Positions 1 to 11,694 of a DNA stretch of 64,000 nucleotides are shown piece after piece. The stretch is from the NCBI GenBank assembly GCA_010909165.1, contig MU008163.1:868001-932000 (forward strand). Reading direction: 5' to 3'. This stretch comes from Anthoceros angustus (Eukaryota > Plantae > Anthocerotophyta). Under the pieces are notes generated by a model, which was given only the letters and a program-made list of their open reading frames with translations, was not told the DNA's origin and did no database searches. How positions within the stretch are numbered: position 1 is the first letter of the stretch; each line of letters opens with the position of its first letter. Position numbers and translations under genes: made by a program.

Positions 1-265
1 TAGAAGCTTCAAGCTCTAAGTAATCCACACATGACCTGGACGACAAGGCTACAAATTTCCCACTTGTGAGGGAGATTAAATTACTCGCCTGGCAAGCTGC
101 TAGCCTCCACTCACGAGAGACCACTGTGACAATCCTCGACCAACACAAACTTGGTCGCAAGGTAGAGATTGAAAGCCACTGTGAGGAGCTCACACCTCGA
201 CCCTGCGAGGAGCTTGTGTTAGGAACACTTTGAAATGACAGTTTTACTTTTCACTATGAGGGCTA

Positions 266-1199
266 ATGGCCCTGAGTGTTCCTACTGCTTTTGCTTTCGT
301 GCAGCTAGTTTGTTTCTGCATTCTTCATAATTGTGACATAGAATTTGCAGTACTCGCAGATGGGCTTCTGAGAGGGGTTGTAGTTCCCTCTTCCTCTACT
401 AAGATAGGTTCGTCTTTCTCGAAAATTGCCTCTGAAGTTATCGCATCCAGATCCCCTTCCTCTGAACCTGCCTCTTCCTGTGAAGAAGGCGCTGCAGGAG
501 TTTCTCTAGAGAAGGCAAAAACTTTCCTTAATAAATGATTTTCTCTAGGATTGCATTTTGAATTTCCTCAATTTTATTTGCAGGAATTGATCTTGAGTAT
601 GAAAAATTGGGCTACCTTGAGAGAGGGCCAAGATCGGTGGCTACTTTGTCCTTTATGTGTGCTGGAGAGAATTCAAGTGTCTCTATGTCAAAGTGCGTTG
701 AGAATTGATGATTGTATCATTGTGGAAGGGTTAGAATTAGAATCTAGATATAACTCCAATCATAATTAGTGTGATCAACTATCCACTCAAGCTCATCTCT
801 TCACCTATGAGCACCAGGACCGAGCATGTCCTGATATGAGCAACCTGCCATAGGTCCTCATTGGCCTCTTTAAGGTATAATTATTCTCCATGTATCCTCT
901 GCCATTCAATTTGTTGAGCGAGTCTGTTAGCAAACCTGTGAAGGCACTGGCAGGGCTGATGGCCTGACATCAATGTGCGATGCGTGCAATTCATAATCGC
1001 CAAGGTGCTCTGATACCATATTTACGTTCAAGCAAGGAAGCACGCTAGATTCGACTGATCCATTGACAGAATATGAAATGTTGTAATAGGCAGGGAGTGT
1101 GCCCAAACGTTATGTTCAATAACCATTTCTCCTATTATCGATGGGTATCTGTCGAAAAACGAAACGTGCCTTAAAGGGCTAGAGGCTATCAACTTAACA
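266..1199 (-). mobile_element. Degenerate Ty1/copia 5' fragment (LTR ~1019-1199, tRNA-Met PBS 1007-1018, decayed gag)
   Basis: GCTCTGATACCA at 1007-1018 is the reverse complement of the canonical PBS TGGTATCAGAGC. The adjacent ~180 bp ends in TTAACA. The minus strand downstream of the PBS reads ...NKLNG... (gag N-terminus-like) with stops. Confidence 0.55.
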
Positions 1200-1799
1200 A
1201 AGCTCGCTCCTCGACCCTGCGAGAAGCTCACACCTTAAGCTTGTGAGGTGCTCATACCTCGCAAGCTCCCCCGAACTCGAGGAGCTCACACCCCACAAGG
1301 CTTGAGAGAAGTTCGCTACAAGTCGTGGTGTAGTGAGCTTCGAGTTTTACACATGTATTTAATCATTCAGGTCCAAAGAGCAAGTAGTCAGTGGAAGACC
1401 TCTTCATGGATTGCATATTGTGGGACACACCATTTGCAGCCTGCTTGTAAGGATTTTCTAGACACAGTCTAAGATGAATGTTTTTAATTGTTCATAAGGT
1501 GTGCACAAGGCTTGAGAATTAGAATACAAGTCTGCCTACACCAAGTTTCTTATGGAGTGGAATCTTGGGGATTGATGGCAGCATCTTAATGCAAAGAGAT
1601 CAGAGTGCAATGCAGACTTGCATGTTTTGTTTTTTAGCGCTATTCTCTTTTTATCATAAAAACAAAGGATATATACAGAACGACAAAATTATATACCCCT
1701 AGTGGATATGAAAGGGTGGATATGCCCTAAGGAGTGGGAAGAACAGCCTACATTAAACTACTAGAGGAGCCGAGTCGGCAGCACTAAAAGGCCCCTTTG

Positions 1800-3200
1800 A
1801 GTTGCGGGGATTGATGGCCATTTCCTTTCACTAAAGGAATTCCTTCAGCGTGCGCTTTGTCAAATGACACTTCAACCAATCGAGGACCTGCCTCTTAAGG
1901 CTGGACGATAAAAGCAGTCCACTTGCTCAAGCCTACAAGGATGCCGGTGAGCTTGCTTTGGCTTTAAGAGCTACAGCGTTAGCTTCTGTAATCCGAAGTT
2001 GCATTCTACAACTGTGGAGGTGAATAGCAAGTTGGATACGGAATTGACACATCACGGTGCAATCATAGGTAGGGCGTGGGTTGAGTGTAGGTTTGTTGCA
2101 AATTGGAGATGGCATGATGTAGACGATTTGCAGCACTTGACCTTGTTTGGCTTGAGCCGCGAGCTTGCTCTAAGAGGGAGTCATGCATGAGCTGCAGATG
2201 GGCAGGTATGCAAGGCCCGTGGCCGACTCTTGCAAGTCGGATTAAGTGTAGGGAGGTGAGGTTTACAACACCTCATGTTGTAGAATCTTTTAGTGGATTA
2301 AATTATAATAATAAAATTTAAATGATTGCTTGATGATAATCCCGAAAATGGGCGCGCGCACCTGCCGGGGGGCGGCCAGGGCCCCAGACTCTTTATGCAG
2401 GCTAGAGGGAAAGGATTCTCACTCTTGGGGCCTGTTTTGTCTCCGGTGGGGTATTCTGCGATTGCGTCATCTTGGTACCATGGTATCCCCCCTCCCTCCC
2501 ACCTCCTCTCGCCCTCCCGCTGGGCGAGTCTATCTCAGGAATCTGGCCAACGCCAAAAGGGTGGCAGCCTTGAGGCACCCACTTGATTCCCCCCTGCACC
2601 AATAGGTGAAAGTGGAGGCATGGAGCTTCTCGCTAAGGGCCCCCTTCCTCACATTAGAGTTGGTTGTCGCTAGGCAGATGACCTTGCCTCCTAGTTCGAG
2701 GTTGCGGACAATAGAATCCAATTGCAACACCTGAACGAGCCTTTGGTTGAGGCTTTTGCCTGGGTGGTGGAGGAAGACAACAAAGTTGTCTTGGACTGGA
2801 CTACTAATCAACTCTTCTTTGAGAGAGTGTTGCTGCGGGGAATCTTGCGTTGATGGCAAAATCTACAACTGCAGGCCCTTGCTGATTTGAATCCTTGCTA
2901 CACAGCCAACCTTGCCCGTGGCAAGGGACGCAGGAGTTGTACAAGATGGGCATCCCTCTACACATGGGCGCTGAGGATGGTTCGATGGAGCCCCTGCACA
3001 TTTAATGTTTCAAGACTACTCTCTTGGATTGCATCCTACTTGTACAATTGGAAGAGTGGGCGAGTGTGCCCCTACCCTTGACCTTACACTCGATGCGCCA
3101 GTGGCTTAACACCCTGGACTAGGGAGCTGGCCAGGCTGCTAGCTTGCTTATGCTTCCTTCGTTGCTCGTCGTTGTTTAAGTTGCCAAGTCTTAGGACCTT
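1800..3200 (-). mobile_element. Highly degenerate non-LTR retrotransposon RT remnant (probably RLE/CRE-like)
   Basis: ORF 2530-2859(-) contains VLQLDSI and NVRKGALSEKLHAS, resembling RT motifs VLQxDxxNAF and GVRQGDPLxxxLFA. Boundaries are approximate. Confidence 0.35.
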
Positions 3201-4000
3201 TGGCTTGGGCTAGGTTTTTCCCGGTTCACCTACCCCTCCCCTTGTGTGGGACTTCGTTGTACATTCTATTATATCTATAAAGGCCCAAAATCGCGATAAA
3301 AAAATCCATATGGGTCCAAATTGTGATTTCGCTTTTTCATCTGATTGTACAATTCGTCTAGGACACTACCTAACTAGACGAGTTGTCCCTTGCCGTAACA
3401 TTGAAACTTCTCAAACAAATCAACTACTACCGTAGACAGCTCTATTTTAAATACAATTACAAAGTGTCACTTTGTAATTGTATTTAAAGGCTCACTGAGC
3501 CTAACTACGGCATCATCCATTGCTTTAACCATGCCTTTTTTTCCAAGCTCACTCAAGGGAAACTCATATTTACGTTTTCTGCATAATCAATCCAATAATT
3601 TATCGGAATAAACACCGTGCAAGAATGGCATGAAGACTCATATTTGCGCGAGTGTAGACGAATTGAAGAAAGAATAATGAAGACCATAAGTCCCTAACGA
3701 GGGACGCTTTCCCATCGATACCCAATGGCCATTAAGGCAAACACGGTCAGACCCGTGCGGACGCGCAACCCGATGTACCCTGGCTTCATATCGACATACA
3801 CGACATAGCAACATCAGTTTGTGCTTCCTGTCGCATACCCAGGTTTTTGCACCCGTTCTCTGTACTTGCATTACCATACCCGGCTTTCCATACCCGGGAT
3901 GAAAGGTTTCTACACCCGTCGGTTTCAAGTCAAGGTTTCAAATCAGGTTTTCAAAGTTATGCACTTCTCATCGCGGGTGAAGCGATCCAGAAAGAAAGCG

Positions 4001-4114
4001 GTGCAGATGCGGAGATAGGACGCCTAATTTGCTGCCTAGTGCAAATGCGGAGATAGGACGCCTAATTTGCTGCCCAGTGCAAATGCGGAGATAGGACGCC
4101 CAATCTGCTGCACT
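4001..4114. repeat. 38-bp tandem repeat x3 (GTGCA(G/A)ATGCGGAGATAGGACGCCTAATTTGCTGCC(T/C)A)
   Basis: Three directly abutting near-identical units with no spacers. Confidence 0.9.
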
Positions 4115-5991
4115 GGACGGTAGGAGTGTGGACCCAATTTCAAGCGGCAAGGATCTGGTATGAAGTTCTCATCACACCAATCAACAGAAGAGCAAAGAGT
4201 TTCCTCCATAGCTTCCCTGACTCCTCCTTCGTATGAGAGACCAAATGACCAGCTATATTCGTGCAGGAATCAAGGAGTCACCTGCAGGGCATCAGCCAAA
4301 TGGGGTCTCCGCACAAAGAAACTATCACAGCACGCCACTTCACAGGTTGAACACATGCAAAAGGCGAGTTGAATTCCCGGGAATGTTTGAAGGTATGAAG
4401 TTCGCTTGAGTTCTTCATGGATGAGACAGCTGTGTGACTTAAACAAAATTGTCTCACTGATTAGCAGGATGCGTGCGTTGGATGCTGCTTTCGGTGTGTG
4501 CATGCAGGAGTCAAGTACGTAGTGAGCTGCACTACATCAACCACATAATAAAACCTCATAGAGCGGCACTTGAGAAAACACAAATGCAATGAGGAGTTGG
4601 ATTCTCAAAATGTTGAAAGTATGAAATTGTTGTTTGTCCGCTTAAGTTCTTTATGGAATTGCATGAAATTGTCCCCACTCTGCAGGGTGTGAGCATTGGA
4701 TATTGCCTTGATAGGCTTGTGAGGAACACAATTGTTGGGACCAAATTTACTCTAGAATTTTAAGGAGCAGATTTATAGTGTTGTGAGGGTACGAACAAGT
4801 TCGGTTAGGACGTAGACCATGTTCAAACTTCATTGCTGCTTCTCCACCTCCGGATGACGTACCAAAATTGAGGCTTATGCACGGCCTCCGGTTACAAAAC
4901 TGAGTTCTATGTCTATCTTGTCTCAGCACAGAAAAGTGGATTTCCTCCTTCCAAAACTAGAAACCTACCTCACATCAGACCAAACCGCCTCGGCGATACG
5001 AAAATAGTGGATTCTCACCTTCTAAAACCAAGATAGTGGATTGTGACGTTCTAAAACGAAAAGCCTAATTAACCCGATCAAAATTGAGTGCTATTTGCTA
5101 TCTCCTTTCAGCACCCTACAAAAGTGGATTGTGAGCTTCTAAAACCAGAAGCCTATTTCACCTCATCATTCAATCCACTCTTTATCAACTGCCTATGTTC
5201 CACCTCACCGTCTTTTTCTTCTTGTACACAACTTCCTCCAAACCAACATATCGTTTTAGTTTGTTCGTTCTCTCATTCTCAGCAAAAGTTTCCAACACTT
5301 GTTTTCGTTGAGGTTCTTCGTTTGCCTGTACTACCAACTGTCTCAACTTCTGTTGAGTTTGCTCCATAATGCAGGCTATCTCAAAAGCTAAATCTGAATG
5401 CTCAAATGCGGTATCACATACTTCAGCACATGCCGTTTTAATAAAATCTAACCGTTTTTCTTTTGCCATCTCAAACCGCATCTTACATATTGGTGTCACC
5501 AAGGGGTTAGTAGGTACATGGACAGAGGCCACAAAGCCAAGAAACCCAAGTGGTTAGGGAAATCAGTGCAGAAAACTTGGAAGTTGCAGAAGGTACATGA
5601 TATATGTGATCACAAGGCGTCAAAGACGCACAATTGGTGGTGGCAGTGAATTTTGAGTCTTTGAATCCTTCCAATAGAAACTTGCAGCATATTTAAAGCC
5701 TTCACCGTAGAGATAAAATCTGAACTTGCCAAGTTAGATTGTCGGTAAAGTAAACCATGACAGAAATTGCACCTTCGCTGGGCACTTTATGGACGAAGCA
5801 CGCTTGGCGGCCAGAATGCTTGGTTTAGGTTAATCTGTTTGTCTTTGGGTTGGTTTGTTTGAAATAGCCCCCGATTCATACTTCCGCATACGGTTAAAAT
5901 TAAGCATGGTTTACCTCACAACCTCGTTGTGGTGTGGAGATATCTTGTGCTGCTGGGCAAAATACGGTAGTGACAGGCCATGTAAGGACCG

Positions 5992-6021
5992 AACACGATA
6001 TCTTGTGAAGGGGGTGAATAT
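5992..6021 (+). repeat. Left terminal inverted repeat, copy 1
   Basis: AACACGATATCTTGTGAAGGGGGTGAATAT matches the reverse complement of 20345-20374 at 28/30 and is preceded by ACCG (5988-5991). Confidence 0.75.
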
Positions 6022-6299
6022 CCGAACCCCCTTCCGTGAAATGAAAACCCTCTTAGCACATGACACACGGTCCGAAATATGCGTTTAGCTCTTTTTAAAG
6101 AAAGGTCGACCATGGTAGAACACGTTGGTATTGAGAAAAACGTATTAGCGCAAAGACATGAAAGCGGATGAGGGCGGCCGTACTTTCGTGTTTGTTTGGA
6201 ACTGCAAAACCAAGACATCACTTGCCGCAATGGAACGGTTCCATAAAACAGTACGAACTAAACGAAGCAGCAGATGCACATGACATGAGAACACTAAGC

Positions 6300-8113
6300 C
6301 TATTCCCTAGGGCTAACTTGGGACTCGCTAGGGGGCAGAGAAAACTCCGAATCCACCACAATACCCAGATTTCGCAAGCGCTCCACTTCCTCTTCATCGA
6401 AGCTATCGTTCTCCCCCAACGCCCTTGTGTCTTCCTGTACTCTTGTGGCGTCGTCGTGAAGTGTCGGGGAAGGCTGCCACACAGTATCCAAAGTTTGCTG
6501 TCCCTCTGCCAAAAGATCACCAGTTTTGGTCTTCAGCCGCCTTGCGTTTAAGGAAACAACCTGCGCTTGCGAGTCCTTCTCGATACACACCTCGCCCACT
6601 GCGCAAGTCCTGCGGTGGGCGTCAAGCGTCGACTCTTCTTCAGCATCGGTGAACCTCATGCCCGGCAATCCGTGGTATGTATCACGCACACCTCAAGTCG
6701 GCTTCAGCAATACAATTAAATTCCGCGAGCGATAACGTTGTCCCACTCCGGAGCATACGTCCAAAATCCAATCCCCTCTCGCGAGAAGGTTACGATAAGT
6801 TTCATCATAAGCCCCAGGCCTCGGTATGGGCAAACAACCGACTTGTCTTGGGACATGTACACTGTTTCTTCTGGCAAGTATCGTGTGCGATCACGGACCT
6901 CCCATTGTTGAAAGTGCCGTGCATGGCATTAGGCATCATTGGAACTCTATCCTGTGAATCCATCTCCCATGCCCCACCCTACCGTGACATATTCCACGGT
7001 TTGAATCCACCACATCATTGTTCATGTTGGTCTTGTCCCATACAAATGAGACCAAGCCCCTTTCTTGCTCCACTTTGCATTGACTCCCTCACGGTGTGAG
7101 CCTCCTCCACACCATGCATGACAATCATTCTCAACTCATCCAGTAGTTTTCTCCAAAGCTCGCAAAAGTGTCCATCATCCGCTTGTCAACTCGTTTGTCC
7201 AAGGGCCCAATTTGAAACCCCTTGGAGCGTCCATCACCGAAGTGTGTACTTCCGTCTCTCGAAATCCTCGCATGTCCAAAACATCCTGCTTCCACTTGGT
7301 ATTGTACTTGTTTGTCCGAGGATGGAACATTGAAGACCTCAATCCTTCCTCAAGGTCCTTGTCTCGCAAACCGCTCGTCCTCCGATCCTTTCAATTATTT
7401 ACTTGAAAATGAAATGTTGGAAGACATCGGAAGTTTGGAAAGGACCTCAATATCCTTCGATTCTTTGCCAAACACATGATGGTTAGTCCAAACGCAAAAG
7501 AGCAGAGAGGAGGCGCGGCCGGCGCCTCCTCACTTTTCGAACACACATGGGCGAAACTAACCTTTCCAAAAGCGGTTTGAAAGCGGGACAACATCCAGTG
7601 CAGCCGAATGCAGCGGATATTCTTCTCGCACCTCCTCGAATGAAGAGCACCCGGTGTTTACCATAGCAACTTGTATGACATGGAACTTCTTCCATAAAGT
7701 GATCTCCTCATCCATGCCCTTCAAATCAATAAGTCCGATTAAAACTTTTACATGCATTTTTCGATTTGCGCCCACTCTCCGGTGGTATTCCTTGGAAGGA
7801 TTTCCATGGCTTTGCCAACATGTCCTTTGGCTTTACGTATCGTGTCCACTTGCTTTCGTCGGCCATCTTCCGCTTCCCTTTCCCTTTCTTGCTAGTCCTA
7901 TTTGGTAAATGCTTCTTTTGTTAAGCTCTCCACCTCCCACTTTGAAAAATCAAGTCCACATTGTCCCACACCTTCCCTCACCGGCGATGCATAAAATGTG
8001 TGCGATTGTCTACTTTGTTCGCTTGTAGACATCGTCTTGGCGCCTTCATCATCCTCAATCAATCCAAGCACTTTATGCAGTTGTACTTCCATGCCATGGT
8101 CATCTGTACTCCT
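6300..8113 (-). pseudogene. Copy A (3' part) of the ParB-MTase cargo gene, frameshifted
   Basis: Translates in shifting frames to VMDAPRGFKLGPW (~7220), SFVWDKTN...TVEYVTVGW, GDWILDVCSG (~6750-6780) and an acidic tail ending at the stop at 6300. Confidence 0.75.
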
Positions 8114-10042
8114 TGCGTTTAAAGGAAACAACTGCGCTTGCGAGTCCTTCTCGATACACACCTCCTTGCCCAGCTGCGCAAGTCCTGCGGTGGGCGTCAA
8201 GCGTCGACTCTTCTTGACATCGAGGCGGAACCTCATGCCCGGCAATCCGGCGTGGTATGTATCACGCACACCTCAAGTCGACTTCAGCAATACAATTCGT
8301 AGGAAGCCAATAACGTTGTCCACTCCGGAGCATACGTCCAAAATCCAATCCCCTCTCGCGAGAAGGTTACGATAAGTTTCATCATAAGCCCGGAGGCCTA
8401 CGGTATGGGCAAACACCGACTTGTCTTGGGACATGTACACTGTTTCTTCTGGCAAGTATCGTGTGCGATCACGGACCTCCCATTGTTGAAAGTGCCGTGC
8501 ATTAGGCATCATTGGAACTCTATCCTGTGAATCCATCTCCCATGCCCCACCCTACCGTGACATATTCCACGGTTTGAATCCACCATTGTTCATGTTGGTC
8601 TTGTCCCATACAAATGAGACCAAGCCCCTTTCTTGCTCCACTTTGCATTGACTCCCTCACGGTGTGAGCCTCCTCCACACCATGCATGACAATCATTCTC
8701 AACTCATCCAGTAGTTTTCTCATAAAACTCGCAAAGCAGTGTCCATCATGCATGTCAACTCGTTTGTCCAAGGGCCCAATTTGAAACCCCTTGGAGCGTC
8801 CATCACCGAAGTGTGTACTTAGGCCTCTCGAAATCCTCGCATGTCCAAAACACCTTTCCACTTGGTATTGTACTTGTTTGTCAGGATGGAACATTGAAGA
8901 CCTCAATCCTTCCTCAAGGTCCTTGTCTGCGCGCTGTTCGTCCTCCGATCCTTTCAATTATTTACTTGAAAATGAAATGTTGGAAGACATCGGAAGTTTG
9001 GAAAGGACCTCAATATCCTTCGATTCTTTGCCAAACACATGATGGTTAGTCAAAGCAAAAGAGCAGCGCGGCGGCGCCCTCCACACACATGGGAAACTAA
9101 CCTTTAAGCGGTTTGAAAGCGGGACAACATCGTGCAGCCGAATGCAGCGGATATTCTTCTCGCACCTCCTCGAATGAAGAGCACCCGGTGTTTACCATAG
9201 CAACTTGTATGACATGGAACTTCTTCCATAAAGTGATCTCCTCCATGCCCTTCAAATCAATAAGTCCAGTTAAAACTTTTACATTTGTGACGAATTGCTC
9301 TCCGGTGGTATTCCTTGGAAGGATTTCCATGGCTTTGCCAACATGTCCTTTGGCTTTCGTATCATGTCCACTTGCTTACGCTCGACCATCTTCCGCTTCC
9401 CTTTCCCTTTCTTGCTAGTCCCTGGTAAATGCTTCTTTTGTTAAGCTCTCCGACCTCCCACTTTGAAAAATCAAGTCCACATTGTCCCACACCTTCCCCT
9501 CCTGGCGATGCATAAAATGTGTGCGATTGTCTACTTTGTTACGCTTGTAGACATCGTCTTGGCCTTCATCATCCTCAATCAATCCAAGCACTTTATGCAG
9601 TTGTACTTCCATGCCATGGTCATCTGTACTCCTTCGCGTTCGCAATCTGACTCATCTCGTAAGTACGGACACGCTCAATGAAGTTCATCTTCTTTCTTTT
9701 GTCCGACATGGTATTGTGATCCGTGGCGGCACTCGCATTTCAGATAAGCCCACAATAGACATGTGCTTCCACATATTGAAACCTCTTCTTCCACGGTGAG
9801 ATATCACATAGATGTTTCATGGTCGCATATGTATGGTTCCCACCAAGAACCCCATAACGTATTTTTCGCCCGCCATCGCTTCCGATCCGACTTCGAGGTC
9901 CTCACTTGGATCTATCATACATAAGAGTGGCAAAACACCCTCCTCTATCCTCCCTTGAAATAACCCGAGCCAAATAATTGGCCCATGCCTCATCAACCCT
10001 CGAATCTGCGCATCCGGCGTTATGTGCGTGGTCTTAAGTTCT
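8113..10042 (-). pseudogene. Copy B (partial ParB + MTase) of the cargo gene, frameshifted
   Basis: Contains GVLGGNHTYATMKHL (~9830-9860), DHNTMSDK, VMDAPRG (~8780-8795) and RGDWILDVCSG (ORF 8273-8536). Confidence 0.75.
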
Positions 10043-11694
10043 TTATGGAATTGCATGAAATTGTCCCCACTGCAGGTGTGAGCATTGGATATTGCCTTGA
10101 TAGGCTTGTGAGGAACACAATTGTTGGGACCAAATTTACTCTAGAATTTTAAGGAGCGATTTATAGTGTTGTGAGGCAACAAGTTCGGTTAGGACGTAGA
10201 CCATGTTCAAACTTCATTGCTGCTTCTCCACCTCCGGATGACGTACCAAAATTGAGGCTTATGCACGGCCTCCGGTTACAAAACTGAGTTCTATGTCTAT
10301 CTTGTCTCAGCACAGAAAAGTGGATTTCCTCCTTCCAAAACTAGAAACCTACCTCACATCAGACCAAACCGTCTCGTCTGAGCACACGAAAATAGTGGAT
10401 TCTCACCTTCTAAAACCAAGATAGTGGATTGTGACGTTCTAAAACGAAAAGCCTAATTAACCCGATCAAAATTGAGTGCTATTTGCTATCTCCTTTCAGC
10501 ACCCTACAAAAGTGGATTGTGAGCTTCTAAAACCAGAAGCCTATTTCACCTCATCATTCAATCCACTCTTTATCAACTCCTATGTTCCACCTCACCGTCT
10601 TTTCTTCTTGTACACAACTTCCTCCAAACCAACATATATCGTTTAGTTTGTTCGTTCTCTCATTCTAGTTTCCAACACTTGTTCGTTGAGGTTCTTCGCT
10701 TGCTGCTACCAACTCTCAACCATTGAGTTTGCTCCATAATGCAGGCTATCTCAAAAGCTAAATCTGAATGCTCAAATGCGGTATCACATACTTCAGCACA
10801 TGCCGTTTTAATAAAATCTAACCGTTTTTCTTTTGCCATCTCAAACCGCATCTTACATATTGGTGTCACCAAGGGGTTAGTAGGTACATGGACAGAGGCC
10901 ACAAAGCCAAGAAACCCAAGTGGTTAGGGAAATCAGTGCAGAAAACTTGGAAGTTGCAGAAGGTACATGATATATGTGACTGCGGCGTCCAAAGACGGCA
11001 CAATTGGTGGTGGCAGTGAATTTTGAGTCTTTGAATCCTTCCAATAGAAACTTGCAGCATATTTAAAGCCTTCACCAGAGATAAAATCTACAGAACTTGC
11101 CAAGTTAGATTGTCGGTGCAGAATTGACCAAGCCCTGGAAATTGCACCTTCAGCGGGCACTTTATGGACGAAGCACGCTTGGCGGCCAGAATGCTTGGTT
11201 TAGGTTAATCTGTTTGTCTTTGGGTTGGTTTGTTTGAAATAGCCCGCGCTCAGTTCATACTTCCCGCGCACGGTTCCGAAATTAAGCATGGTTTACCTCA
11301 CAACCTCGTTGTGGTGTGGGTGCGCATACTGGGGTTGTGCCGTGCGTGCTGGGCAAAATACGGTAGTGACAGGCCATGTAAGGACCGAACACGATATCTT
11401 GTGAAGGGGGTGAATATCCGAACCCCCTTCCGTGAAATGAAAACCCTCTTAGCACATGACACACAGTCCCGAAATATGCGTTTTCGCTCTTTTTAAAGAA
11501 AGGTCGACCATGGTAGAACACGTTGGTATTGAGAAAAAGCGTATTCGCGCAACAAAGACATGAAAACGGATGAGGCGCGGCCGGCGCCTTTCATTGTTGT
11601 TTGAACTGCAAAACCAAGACATCACTTGCCGCAATGGAGCGGTCCATAAACATTGAACTAAGCAGCGGATGCACATGACATGAGAACACTAAGC

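Noticed and set aside
1007-1018. tRNA genes at the TGGTATCAGAGC matches (also 47636 and 48745)
   Set aside because: These are 12-nt primer-binding sites of LTR elements, not cloverleaf tRNAs. I recognised no rRNA or tRNA in the window.
181-1300. GAGGAGCTCACACC sub-repeats as regulatory sites
   Set aside because: More likely the internal repeats of an older TE split by the copia fragment. There is no functional evidence.
4001-4114. 38-bp repeats as a CRISPR array
   Set aside because: The units abut with no spacers, there are no cas genes, and the context is eukaryotic.
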